A stretch of DNA of 64,000 nucleotides from Cladosporium halotolerans (lineage: Eukaryota): the NCBI RefSeq assembly GCF_011745625.1, contig NW_027191457.1:496001-560000 (forward strand), in the 5' to 3' direction. The notes under the pieces are model-generated. The model was given only the letters and a program-made list of their open reading frames with translations. It was not told the origin of the DNA and did no database searches. Below are positions 10,582-22,996 of the stretch, piece by piece. Every line of letters begins with the position of its first letter. Within the stretch, counting starts at the first letter, position 1. The position numbers were made by a program, and so were the translations under genes.

Positions 10582-12467
10582 ATGAAATACGTTCTTGTCT
10601 CCGGAGGTACGATTGCCTTGACCGAGTCTGGGGGCGTTTCGAGTACTAATATGCCCTCGCAGGTGTCATCAGCGGTGTCGGAAAAGGCATTATTGGTATG
10701 CTCTCTGGGGGAAATGGATGATATGGACGAGGCAGTAGCTCACGTGTCAAAGCCTCTTCCGCCGGCCTGCTGCTCAAGACCATGGGCCTGAAGGTCTCGA
10801 GCATCAAGATCGACCCGTACATCAACACCGATGCAGGCACGATGAACCCGAAAGAGCACGGAGAAGTCTACGTTCTGGACGACGGCGGAGAGGTCGACCT
10901 TGACCTGGGCAACTACGAGCGCTACCTCAACGTCACCCTCACCAGGGACAACAACATCACTCTCGGCAAGATCTACTCGCAGGTCATCGAGAGGGAGCGC
11001 AGAGGTGACTACCTGGGCAAGACCGTCCAGGTTGTGCCCCACGTCACAGGTGCGATTGAGGAGTGGATCACCAAGGTTGCGAAGGTGCCTGTCGATGACA
11101 CCAATGAGGAGCCGGATGTCTGTATCATCGAGCTCGGCGGCACCGTCGGTGACATCGAGAGCATGGCCTTCGTCGAGGCGCTGTGCGAGCTGAGGCGCAA
11201 CTGCGCTAGGGAGGACTTCATGCAGATCCACGTCTCCTACGTCCCCATGGTCCACGGAGAGCAGAAGACGAAGCCCACCCAGATGGCAATCAGGGCTGTT
11301 CGCTCTGCCGGTCTTGTCCCGGATCTTATTGCTTGCCGTTGCGAGCAGCCTTTGGAGGAGGGTGCGGTCGACAAGATCGCTCGCTTCTGTCAGGTCCCCG
11401 TTCCTCATGTTCTGAATGTCCGCGATATGCCTTCGACCTACCAGGTCCCGATCCTTCTTTACGAGCAGCAGATGCTTCAGAACATGACATCCGCCATGCG
11501 CCTGGATACGATCAAGGTCTCTCCTGCTCTGAGGCAGAAGGGCCTCGACATCTGGGATACCTGGAAGGGTCTCTGCCTTGGTCTCGAGAACTTGAGGGAG
11601 GACATCAGCATTGTTCTTGTCGGCAAGTACCTCGAATGCCCCGACTCTTACTGCTCTGTCATCAAGTCGCTCGAGCACGCCGCTATGCGTTGCAGGCGAA
11701 AGCTCAACGTGAAGATGGTGGATGCCGAGCACCTTGAGCCGGCCTGCAACAAGTCAGACCCTGCCGCTTTCCACAAGGCGTGGCACGACGTTTGCACAGC
11801 TTCCGGTATCCTTGTCCCCGGCGGCTTCGGCACTCGCGGCACCGAGGGCATGATCGCTGCGGCCAAGTGGGCTCGTGAAAACAAGACCCCGTACCTTGGT
11901 GTCTGCCTGGGAATGCAAATTGCTGTCGTTGAGTTCGCCCGCTCCGTCTGCAATGTGCCTCTCCCGCAGGCTACCTCTTTCGAGTTCGACAACAGGGACG
12001 AGGACCGAATCATCGTTTCCATGCCCGAGCACCACACCGGCGTTATTGGCGGGACCATGCGTCTCGGTCTGCGCCCGACCATGTGGCAACCCGACACCCA
12101 ATGGTCCAAGCTCCGCGCTCTCTATGGATTGGAGAACGAGAGTATCAACGAGCGTCACAGGCACCGTTACGAGGTCAATCCCGACTACATTGGTCAACTG
12201 CAGGACAAGGGCCTGACTTTCATTGGCAAGGATGAGACTGGCGTGCGTATGGAGGTCATCGAGCTTCAGGATCACCCCTGGTTCGTCGGCGTCCAGTTCC
12301 ACCCCGAGTACCTGAGCAGAGTGCTCGTCCCCAGCAAGCCCTACCTGGGCTTTATTGCTGCATCTGCTGGCATCTTGTCGCAGGTCACTAAGGCCGAGCA
12401 AATGCAGACTGTGGAAGGTCTCGCGACCGGCATCGACCACGTCAAGCTCAACGGTGTTGCGAAGTAA
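10582..12467 (+). CDS. URA7: CTP synthase; two short 5' introns
   Basis: Spliced N-terminus MKYVLVSGGVISGVGKGIIASSAG; KIDPYIN, DGGEVDLDLGNYER, GVCLGMQ (glutamine amidotransferase Cys), ERHRHRYE, QFHPE. Confidence 0.97.
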
Positions 12468-13605
12468 ACGCGCTCACGAACGAGCATAATTGTACTGGCT
12501 GAAAAATGGTGAACGTTTGATACGATCAGAGGCGGCGAGCCGTCTATGGGGCTTGGTTTAGATGCATTCGAGGGCGCTTTGGATGGCCTTGTTTTTGAAT
12601 AGAGCATTGGCGCTACGAAAGGATAAGACCGTGCACGGTTCACGGCACATACTACAAATGAAAACCAACGATAAATGAGCCTGCCTTTAATTGACCACGG
12701 GATTTCTCTGAATCGTGAATGTGCGTTAGATAGAGTGCCAACTACAGTAGCACAACCAAGGTACAATATTTGCCCTATCTCACCCTCAACCCCGGTCCCC
12801 TCCGGGTATGCCCTTGATGTCAACGGCTCGGACTCGGCCGGGGTTGTCACGCTGTCAAGTCTCCCGTCTCCCCACAAGGTCAGACGAACGTCACTTCCGC
12901 CAACTCGCGCGAGCGCCCCAGCAGTGGTACAGCACGGCAGGGGACAAGCACACGAACGCGCGATGCACATGCGGTGCCAGGCGTGAAATACAGTGACACC
13001 TCGGCAAGGCACATCGGCCAACGATGCCGCTATGTATGTCAAGCTTCGCGCGCTGGGGCGAGGTGGCGCATGCACTTCACGGAGGGCGCGTCGCTGCATG
13101 CGTTGAGCGCTGCCGGCAGGCTCGGGCTCGGTGAGGAGCTGGGCAGAGGCAGGGTAAGATCAGGCCTGGTTTGGCAGCTGGCTGCCTGCCTACCTTACCT
13201 TACCTTGCCTGAGCTCAACTTCACCTCATCGTGACCTTGATCTCGCCGGGCCTGCTGTGCTTGCTGCTTGACCACCGCCCGCGTGTGCTCGCTCTTCCCT
13301 GCGTATTGCTCAATGTTTCGTTCATACTGACGGCAGCCACGAAACGTGCGTGTCTTTCCACTTGCATCAGCTGCCATCGCCTGCTCTCGCTCCAAACCCC
13401 GCAGCTGCTTCCCAGACCTCACTGATTACACCTCCGGGCAAGTGAAGAGTGCTCCAAGGTAAGCCTGTCCCGTTGCAGATTGCATTGCATTTCCACCACA
13501 ACCCGCCTACTTCCTGCATGTGACGCCATCTTCATTGCAACAATCCACATCTTCAACCCTCCTATCTGGTCGGACGAGCTCGCCCAAAAACACAACCGCC
13601 ACCCT

Positions 13606-15447
13606 ATGACTTCTCACCACCAACGGAGCGCCAGTCCCAGATTCCGCAGCATCAAAGCCATCTTCGAACGCCCTGAAACGACTCCCCCTCCTCGACCGTT
13701 CTCTCGCGGCTCCAAACCCACAACTCCTACTGACGAAATGCCCAACCCAGCCTCTCCCCTCATCACCAGAAAAAAGCTCGAACCCCACCAACGAGCCACA
13801 ATCGACTCCCTCCTCGAAGCCTCCTACAACCAAAACTGGCCCTCAACCCAACAACCCCACCTCCGACCCAAGTCCTCCTGGATCGGCCCACCGCCACCCG
13901 CCCGCCTGCCCTCGCACACCACCATGAAGCAGAAAGTCACCATCACATACGCCTCGCCCGGTCTGCAGCCGCCGGTCTACATCGCCACCAGCCTCAGCGA
14001 CCCGCAGTGGGAGCCAGTGGAGATGGGCTGCGCGGAGCTGCCCGGTGGCGAGCGCGAGTTTGTCAAGACTTTTCATGTCCTTGAGGGCGAGTATCAGTAC
14101 AAGTTCCGCCTGGGGCCGGGCGATTGGTGGGTTTGCGATGAGGAGAAGCCCACGGTTGACGACGGGTTCGGCAATCGGAACAATGTGCTTTTTGTGCGGA
14201 CTGAGATGCTGGCGAAGAAGGCGGCTGCTAATCCGGATCTTATGGCTGGTGACAGCTCTGAAGTGGACCGATTGGCGCCGGAGCATACATTTACTCATGA
14301 GAAAGCACCGGTGAAGGAGGCCTATAAGCGTGATAGTCTCGGCGATGATGTCCTGGTCGGGTCATTCGAAAACAAACCCAACCTGGTCGACCAGACCGGT
14401 GACCACCAGCCGCCACTTTTCGCTCATGAGCAAAACGGCCCGCCTCACCACAAGCTGGACGTTCCACCCGAGGACGTGCCCGTACATTTCTCCCGCCAGG
14501 ATACTCAGACCGCCGTTCCCGACGAAGATCATGAGTCCGCTCATCTCCCTTCAGATCTTCTATTCGCTCACGAAAAGACAACTCTCCCCGCAAGAGTGCC
14601 AACCCCAGGAGTGGATGAGGACGAAGACGATATGGAGCAGCCGCCACTCATGAAGCATGAAAGCCTCTCCCCCACGTCCTCAAAACGCGCGAACGATCCC
14701 GAAGCCGCGGATCAACACAACCAGCATTCCGACAACAACCACTCCGCCTCACCTGTGCTACCTACCTCGCCCGCGCACATCCCCGCCGAAGCCGACCCCA
14801 ACGACCCCTCTCTCGAAAAGTTCCCAACCCACCACGAAGGCATCATTTCCTCACTCCGCCGCGCCTCCCAGCGCATGGCCGAAGACGAAACCACAGACGA
14901 AGTCCTCTCGTCCGGCTCCCCGCTGTCCAAAACCCGCAGCCAGTCCTCCAACCAGTCCACGTCTCTGCCTAGCGTGCTCGAAGACGAGGACGAAGAGGAA
15001 GAGGAAGAAGAGGAAGAAGAAGCGCAAACCCCAGCGCCCTCCAAAACCCAGGCCCTAGCCGCCGGCCTGCACATGCTCTCGGACACCGGCGACCGCCCCG
15101 CGGCCCTCATCACTCCGCCGCACACGCCGGACGAGTCCAAAGCGCCCACCGCCGCGCAGCTCCCTGCCTCAGCTCCGCACGCGCACGATCACCACCACAA
15201 GCCGCAGGCGGAGAAGGACATCCGCGAGGAGGCGAAGCACGACGTCTCGCATCACGGGCAGGACGAGGGTGCTGCCGCGAAGGAAGGGCAGCAGGGCCTG
15301 GATCCCGCGCCGAAGAGTTTCTGGGGCGGTATGTGGGAGACTGCGCTGGGGTTGGGGTTGACGGTGTTGGTGGGGGCGGGCGCCGCGTGGTTGGCGTTCA
15401 GGCTGCAGGATTCTGTTAAGGATGGAGGTGCGATTTTGAAGGGGTGA
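13606..15447 (+). CDS. CBM48/AMPK-beta glycogen-binding-domain protein with acidic disordered region and C-terminal transmembrane helix (alternative start 13924)
   Basis: KVTITYASPGLQPPVYIATSLSDPQWEPVEM...GEYQYKFRLGPGDWWVCDE...DDGFGNRNNVL; poly-Glu tract; hydrophobic tail ALGLGLTVLVGAGAAWLAF. Confidence 0.82.
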   Translation: MTSHHQRSASPRFRSIKAIFERPETTPPPRPFSRGSKPTTPTDEMPNPASPLITRKKLEPHQRATIDSLLEASYNQNWPSTQQPHLRPKSSWIGPPPPARLPSHTTMKQKVTITYASPGLQPPVYIATSLSDPQWEPVEMGCAELPGGEREFVKTFHVLEGEYQYKFRLGPGDWWVCDEEKPTVDDGFGNRNNVLFVRTEMLAKKAAANPDLMAGDSSEVDRLAPEHTFTHEKAPVKEAYKRDSLGDDVLVGSFENKPNLVDQTGDHQPPLFAHEQNGPPHHKLDVPPEDVPVHFSRQDTQTAVPDEDHESAHLPSDLLFAHEKTTLPARVPTPGVDEDEDDMEQPPLMKHESLSPTSSKRANDPEAADQHNQHSDNNHSASPVLPTSPAHIPAEADPNDPSLEKFPTHHEGIISSLRRASQRMAEDETTDEVLSSGSPLSKTRSQSSNQSTSLPSVLEDEDEEEEEEEEEEAQTPAPSKTQALAAGLHMLSDTGDRPAALITPPHTPDESKAPTAAQLPASAPHAHDHHHKPQAEKDIREEAKHDVSHHGQDEGAAAKEGQQGLDPAPKSFWGGMWETALGLGLTVLVGAGAAWLAFRLQDSVKDGGAILKG

Positions 15448-16396
15448 GGGGTGGATTGGGTTTGTGTAGGAGGAGGAGAGGATGGTAATTATTGCTGATT
15501 CATGCTTGGAATGCAACCTGTGAGCAAGCCGAGGAGTGCACAGGTGGTTTATAATTCGGAAACATGAGCAAACACGATGGGCATGCACGGAGAGCTGAGT
15601 AGATGTCGAAATGCAGTGCAATACCTTGCGGCAGATTCATCATTTTGCATCCAGAGACACGTTCTTCCACGCGCGTTCATGGTGTCTCAAAATAAACAAC
15701 ACAAGCGTCTGCGACATGCAGCTCCAACTTCCCCACGCGGCTTGCGGGAGCGTCCCTCAAGCGGCGGGAGGCCCGCGGAAGGAGGGCCGTGGATGTGGCC
15801 GCAAGACTTCATCGAGAGCGCCTCCTCCGATTAGCCGACGATCAGTCCCTCCATCATCACATCGCATCCCGCTTTTTCCATCCTGGCCATCTTCAAATCC
15901 GCACGGGAGAACCGTCAACGCCGCTTTGCTTGCCACCCGTATCAGACGACTAGGACACATCATCCCTTTCTTCGATCACACCAAACACCAGTGATTGCGA
16001 CCATCTGGCTGCTGCCGAACGAAGTATCTCTGGCGACGATTTGATAAGCCTTGGTCTAGGCTTGCTCTGCGCCTCCTGGCCATCACCACTTGAACCCACC
16101 TGCTCTTTGGCTCTTGCGAACGACCGCATCCCTTTCTTCCGATTGAAATCCACCGCACGGTACCCTTCTTCGCCACGATATCCGAGACGGCGCAACAACC
16201 TCGCTGAGCACAAGCGGTGGCGGTTGCACCATTTGGTTCGCGGGGAGGAGCGGGGGCTACGGAGGGACAGTGAGCAGGGTAACAGAGAAGGCTTATTATT
16301 GTCAAGAGCACGGAGAAACAAGGAAGCGCCACGGCGGGCGTGCCGAAGCCGGCTTGAAAGAGTTTTAACAGGCGATTCGGATGGTGCGTGCCAGCG

Positions 16397-18356
16397 ATGG
16401 ATCCGCAAAGCCAGGCTTTCACCCCGTACAGTAGCAACAACGAGACGTGGCGCCTGCAGTCCGACGTCGCCCGCGTCCAGCAGGTGCAGGCGGAGCACGC
16501 GGAACGCATCGCGCGGCTGGAGCGCCGGCAGGAAGAGGATGCGCGCGTGAAGAGTGTTTGGGGTCAGAGTTCGCCGTTCCCGAGCGTTTTGAGCGGAACG
16601 CCGCAGCAGAGTGAGACACGCCTCCGTTTACCTTTTGCTATGAGAAGGTTACTGACTTGGTATTGCAGCGCCGTATCAGCAGCCTCCGACAGATCAGTTT
16701 CGCAACTTCGACGACGAAGCCAACAACCTCATGAGTAGCCTACACTTAGACGCGGAGGAAGAGCCGCGCAGTAGGGGCATGGGCGCTGCTTCGCGGGCGA
16801 ACAGCGTGCGCTTCGACGAGACTGCCAACCAGAATCATTTCTCGCACTCGTCGCGGCCATCGATGGATTACTTGCCAAGAGCTGGCAGCGGTCTCGGTGG
16901 TCTCTCGATGAACGAGCGCAGCGGTTCGCACAAGTCGGACGGCAGAGCAAGCTCGGTGCATTCTATGCGCTCAGCAGCCTCTGGTCGGGCGAATAGCTTG
17001 AACTTTGAAACTTCATACGCGATGGGCGACTCTTCACGGTCACCGATCGGCACCCCGGTTCTCGCTCCCGGTCTGTTGCTACTTGGCTCGGTTCCTGCCA
17101 TCATCCGCTGTTGGATGAACACGAACTTCAAGCACGATGCGCTCCTTTACGCGGCGGTGTGTACGGGCTCCTACAAGTCGTATCTCGACATTCGGTTGAT
17201 TCGCAAGCTGGGCTTCGACGAAGATATCGAAAGAGACGCAGACGGCGTACCGACTGTCGAGCTGCCAGTGTACTTTCCAGAGGCTGTCCCGCATCCTACA
17301 TCTTCGCGGTCAAGCAGCCCTGCGCCGCAATTACCGACAATGACCGTGAACTTTCACGTCGTTGACGCTAGCACCTACGAAGGTGACTCCAAAGCGATCC
17401 AGATCTTCATCGGCAGCGACACATTGCGGGCTCACAGTGCGGACGTTCTTTTTTCGTCGAGCAGCCTGACACTTTTCGACGACGAGCACAGCAAATTGAG
17501 CATACCGTTAGTCAGGCCGGAGAGCGAGGCGTCATTCAAGAGCCTGTACGTCAGCAGTGGGAACCCGCTTTCTTCGACTCAGCCTGAGAGCGAATCGAGA
17601 GAAGGCCTCTACGTGAACGGGCTAGGTCGAGGAAGCTCCGGCGTTTCCTTGACCGCTAGTCCTCCGCCATCGATGAAATACAGGGCGCCTGGAACTCTGA
17701 GCGTAGATACTGCAAACGCAGACGCAACTCGGCCTGGCGCTGCTACTTCGGACACGGCAAGTCGCCCCGTAAGCCGGCAATCGAGCACACGACCCTCGCT
17801 CAATCCAATAAATACGCAAGGAGACGGTCAGACGGTGCAAATTGAGCCTTCTGCCCAAAGTGCTACGCAGAGCACTCAACAGCGTGCGCCCAACACTCCT
17901 GCGACTTCGTCCAATTGGCGCCGCGACGCACCACATCTCCCTGCAAGTGCATCAACAGCGTCTCAGCCTGGCAGCACTCTTGATTGGGCGAATGCTGGCA
18001 AGCCTCGCCCAGGTGCCACCGAAACGTCTGGCACTTACCAACGGAAAGACACCGGCATCAAAGTTCTCAAACCAAAGTCGGCGACACGTACCTTCTCTGG
18101 CACATCGACTGTCCCTTCTTCCGCCGCGAGTCCAGCAGATGGCCGCAGCCGCTTCTTCGACGATGGCGTCAGACGCAGTACCTCTGGCTTTGATGCTAAA
18201 GCGACCGAGACCAGTCGAGGCGACGCCTCGGCAGTCGGTTCGGCCTCGTCACCCTCTGTTGCTCCAGGCGGGGCGACGCAGCCAAAGACGCGCTCGAACC
18301 CTGTTGGCGGCGCCAGTGCATTCTCTTGGCTCAACCCCAGCGGCTTGAGCAAGTGA
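16397..18356 (+). CDS. Fungal protein: N-terminal coiled coil, central retropepsin (Ddi1-like) fold with CTGS in place of DTG, disordered Ser-rich tail; intron 16611-16668
   Basis: Exon 1 MDPQSQAF...WRLQSDVARVQQVQAEHAERIARLERRQ joins the 541-aa ORF through a GTGAGA..ACTGAC..CAG intron; motifs AAVCTGSYKSYL and IFIGSDTLRAH. Confidence 0.85.
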
Positions 18357-19559
18357 TTTGCTTGTCTTCGGTCGAGGACGTGCGCTTTTGCGAGGAACCA
18401 AATAGATGAGACGACTACCTTTGACGAGTGGCGCTTGGTTTTTACAGGGAGCGCGGAAGGGCCCTTGCCAGTCGCCTATGCAGGCCTTATGTACTGTAAG
18501 CGAATTTTGTCTGCGATTCACTTGCTCCGACTCTTTGCCGTGTGGAGGTAAGGAAACAACCATGTCGCGTCACCCCGCTCCGTGAATGGGGCTCTTTCCG
18601 CTTTCCCAGCTTGGCACTCTAGCACTTGTGTTAGTGAGGTCCACTCCGTTGATAAGCCTCGCTCAAATTGTGTTCTCGAATGCTTACCACCACGTCGTGA
18701 AACCAAGCCACACGACTCGCACTGTGTGCTTTATTAGGGCTTCGGTGACGCGGCCCCGTCCGTCGAGGTTAATTCTTACCCCAGACTCTGGCGAACACCT
18801 GCGATTTTGTGGCAGATCCGAGGGAAATGTCACAGACAAGATCGGTATTTTCTGAATAAATGGTAGTACACCACTAAGCCCACGGGTCAAACTTGAAGAT
18901 TCTGCACGTTGCAGTCGTGGAAGAGCGCTCTTCCACCGCGATTCTGCCGGAGACTCGCAAAGCGCTGCGCCACGGCTGAGCACCGACTAACCCTAGAACG
19001 CACTGCCAACGCGGCGGATTAGGGCTTTAGCATTTAATTGCTATAGCAGTAGCAGAACTTCTACCGAACAAACAAGGAACCCAATTTTCCATGCTCCATG
19101 TTGCCTCGTCATCATCCGAACTTGAGCATTTGCGATTGGACGTTGGCCCCATGCTTATCCCAGAGCCAAGACGTCGTTCGTCACTGGTTTGAGGCACGAC
19201 ACATGAGCTTAGACACGCGAAAGCCACGCCTAGTGGAACCATCCGTCGTCTGGCATCACTGACGACCTCGCTCGGATGTTTTTGATAGGGCATAGTCTTT
19301 TCGGTGGGCACCTTCTCTGGGTTATTCGGCCGACTACTTTGTCTTGGCTCTCTATCGCGCAACGGTCCTTGTCACTGGCCGCGTAAACATCATGGCAGTG
19401 AAACAATCAATGGATGCGGGCATGGTCGATGGCGGTGTCGACCAGCGCTGTGGAAGTAGGTATAAGAGCTGTAAACGCTCCGAACCGTAGAAATATGGCC
19501 ATCAACCGTTCCCAACAACCATTCAACTTCTCATTCATTCGCTCCGATCCCGACCAGCC

Positions 19560-20748
19560 ATGGCACCAATTTCCAGCTTGTTGACCTTAGGTCTTGCGGT
19601 ATTGCCGGTTGCGCTTGCTCACCCTGGCCACAGCCATGTTGAGGAGGCAGCAGAGCGTGCCGAATTCGTCAAGAGGAGCCCGAATTCTGTTCGCTCATGC
19701 GCAGATCAGCTCTCTCGCCGTGGCGCCTTGGAGGCTGCTCTCACCCGCCGTCAGGAGATGGCTCGTAAAGTCCGCGCCAAGAGAGGCCTTGACAGCCACT
19801 TGGTCCGCCGTGACTTTGCGGCGTACAACTTCACCCACGAGTCGACTTCCGGCGTTGCCTACGGCGATGACGAGACTTCTCTCTTCTCCGACGACTCTAC
19901 CTGTATCCTGCAGCCCGAGGTCACTCAGGGCCCGTACTATGTCGACGGAGAGTTGATCAGGAGCGAGATCACGGACGGTCAGGAGGGCGTACCGCTCTAC
20001 CTCGACATCCAGCTTGTCGACACCAGCACCTGCGAGCCTGTCCCGGCCGTCTACATGGACATCTGGCACTGCAATGCCACCGGCGTTTATTCCGGCGTGT
20101 CTGCCTCCGGCAATGGTAACTCCGATGACACCAGCAACCTCGACGCGACGTTCCTTCGCGGAATCGTCCAGACTGACATCAATGGCGTTGCTCAGTATGA
20201 GTCCATTTTTCCCGGCCACTACACTGGACGTGAGTATTCTCTCTCCGCTTCCGAGCCACACAGTTAATTCTAATAACCCCATCCCAGGCGCCACCCACAT
20301 CCACGTCCTTTCCCACAACACCAACGACACCATCATCCGCACCAACGGCACCGTCCTCGGCAACAACGCCACGACCACGCACGCCTCGCACGTCGGCCAG
20401 ATCTTCTTCGACCAGGACCTGATCTCGCTCGTCGAGGCCACGGCACCCTACAACACTAACACGCAGGAGCTGACGACCAACGCCGAGGACTCGATCCTGG
20501 GCGAGGAGGCTGCGGACATGGATCCTTTCGTCGAGTGGATCCAGCTCGGCGACGACATCACCGACGGCGTCATGGCTTGGATCAGCATCGGCATCGACCC
20601 GACTGCGGACGACGAGATCACCTCCGCCGCGACGATCTACAAGGATGGCGGCGTTGCGAACGAGAACTCTGGCATGGGCGGTGGCCCTGGTGGTGAGGGC
20701 CCCGGTGGCAACGGTACTATGCCTACTGGCGCGCCTCCGATGGCTTAA
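19560..20748 (+). CDS. Secreted intradiol ring-cleavage dioxygenase-like protein; intron 20230-20287
   Basis: Signal peptide MAPISSLLTLGLAVLPVALAHPG; CILQPEVTQGPYY, DIWHCNATGVYSG, FLRG, spliced FPGHYTGRATHIH, HVGQIFFDQ. TATAAG at about 19461. Confidence 0.92.
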
Positions 20749-21751
20749 GCGAATCGGTTTTGCTGTCAATTAGTGAAGGGGCCAAGAAGAGGAGCCAGAA
20801 GATTCGAAGATGGAGAGCTGTCGGAAGACATAGGGGATTGTTGGGGAAAAAGGTCAGCTCCACGGCCAGGAGCTCCTGTTGTTTGTCTGTCACTCATTTA
20901 CATTCTCAGCACTTGGAGTGCTTGTTTGATGCGCATTTAAACAAAACTTGCAATGTTGCGCCTCTCAAAGCTTCTTTGGCGGTACTTGCAACTTTGTTCC
21001 CAATGACGGATTGATGTGGCGATCATTGTGTTTAGATCTTACGAGGGAAAACCGGAAGAAGCCCTCAACGTGGGCTTCTGAATGCTCGATAGATCTCCAA
21101 GACACCACTCGCAAAACCATGTACGCAGAACATCTCCCACCACGTGAAATCGTTGGCGCTCTTCACCTCTCCCTTGTACCAGAATAAGACGGCAAGCCCA
21201 ACACCCAACGAAGGGAGTCCAATCAACAACCATTCGATCATAGAGCGACAGAAACCTCGGAAGTCACTCTCCTCTGCTGGCGGATGATCTGAGAATACTC
21301 ATTAGTCAGTTGGTATGAGAGCTCTGTCACATTGAAACTCACCTATCTTACCCTCATTGAGCTGAGGTTTCTCCGACGGGGGAAGAGCAGATAGTGCTGA
21401 TTTGGTGCCCTGCTCCATCTTCACTACCCGAAACGACGTCTTTCAGGGCTGAACATATCACATCAAGCCAGTAGTGGCATGGTTGAGGACACCGGACAGT
21501 GGACGCTCTTCTTTGAGCAGCAACCTCGCCACAGTTCTAGGCGCCGAGCAGCGAAGGATCCAAAGGATCAAAGGATCTCGGGTTTTGCGGTTGAGGCTGC
21601 GGGCTTTGACTCGGCCTATGAATGTCCCGAGGTAACATCTATCGTTACTATGCTCATAGCAGCTCGAATGACTCCAGTTCTCATGCGTATTATATACTTG
21701 CTAGGCTGGCGAACTTTGATTCTGTTCTAATTCGAAAGTATCGGGGGCATA

Positions 21752-22928
21752 ATGACTAAGTTCACTGTTGTCCAAGCGGACGGCTTGTACACCGTAGGTG
21801 CCTAATGACGTCCGATGCGAGCGATGTTACCATTGACGAATAGCAAAACAGGATGACAGTGCAGAGCAGACGATCTTTTCGCCTTCATCGACAAAGCACG
21901 AGCATGAAGTCGAATACCTCCAACTACAACTTTGGCCAGCTGGACTTGCATCACCAAGGCCATGGTCCGACATACCGGAAGATCTCCGAAACCGCATTAA
22001 CGGAATAATGCTTCTCAAGCTACGAATGACGGAGGCAGACATTGCCTTATTTCCTAATCTCAAAGTGTTCGTACTACAATAATTCCGTCCGCTTTACTTG
22101 AACAACGCAGCTAACCCAAAAGCCAGCGTCGTCCGCATGGGCGTAGGCTACGATCGCCTGGATCGCATTGCTCTCGCCGCTCGCGGCATAACAGTCTGCA
22201 ACGTCCCCGACTACGGCACAGCCGAGATCGCCGACCACGCTCTGGCTCTCGCATTGACAATGCGCCGCGGAATACTGCTTCACCACGACATGCAGCGAGC
22301 AACGCCACCCGCTCTTTGGGCACCAGTAGACACGCCGCTCGTCGCACGCTTGCAGCAAAAGACCTTCGGCATCCTCGGCCTCGGTCGAATAGGCACGGCA
22401 GCTGCTCTGCGAGCGAAAGCCTTCGGGTTCAACGTGCTCTTCTACGACCCTTACGTGCCCAACGGCACAGACAAGAGCCTGGCGCTCGAGCGCACGAAAG
22501 ACATCCGCGAGCTGTTCCGCCGCAGTAATGTGCTGAGTCTACACGCGCCGTGCACGCGCGAGACGAGGGGGATGGTCGGCTACGAGCTCTTGTCCTTGCT
22601 GCCGCCCGGCGCTGTGCTCGTCAACACGGCGAGAGGCGAGATCACTGACCTCGATGGCGTCGAGCGATGTTTGAGGGAGAACATCATCTCCGGAGCAGGA
22701 CTGGACGTCCTTCCTGAGGAGCCGATTCCAGAGGACAGAGTGCATCCATTGATCCAGGCGTATCGCAACAAGGAACCTTGGCTGGAGGGCCGCATGGTGC
22801 TGACGTGTCACACTGCATTCTTTAGTCCGGAGAGCTTTGTGGATATTCGTATCAAGAGCGCGGAGACGATGAGAGATGTTCTCCTCTTGGGAACGAACAG
22901 CAACGTTATCACTCCGGAGATGGAGTGA
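21752..22928 (+). CDS. D-isomer-specific 2-hydroxyacid dehydrogenase (CtBP-like); two introns
   Basis: Spliced MTKFTVVQADGLYTDDSAEQ...FPNLKVVVRMGVGYDRLD; GILGLGRIG, SLHAP, LVNTARG, GAGLDVLPEEP, HTAF. Confidence 0.9.
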
Positions 22929-22996
22929 TGGGCTTGTCATTAAAAGTACATAAGGTAGTAATACAATGCGGCTGAGGACGGATCGTTTTTTTTTTT

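Noticed and set aside
10740..12440. Long antisense ORFs over URA7 (likewise over VPH1, PDA1, the ZIP gene and SPS19)
   Set aside because: Expected shadow ORFs from strong GC3 codon bias; they carry no recognisable motifs.
16397..18356. Calling this gene a ubiquitin C-terminal hydrolase (a label I recall on similar fungal proteins)
   Set aside because: No USP Cys/His boxes are visible; the folded part looks retropepsin-like instead.
18986..19025. CTAACCCTA plus a nearby TTAGGG as a possible telomerase RNA template
   Set aside because: The intergenic gap is only about 1.2 kb and includes the dioxygenase promoter. I could not see pseudoknot or CR4/5 elements, and such short motifs occur by chance or as telo-box sites.
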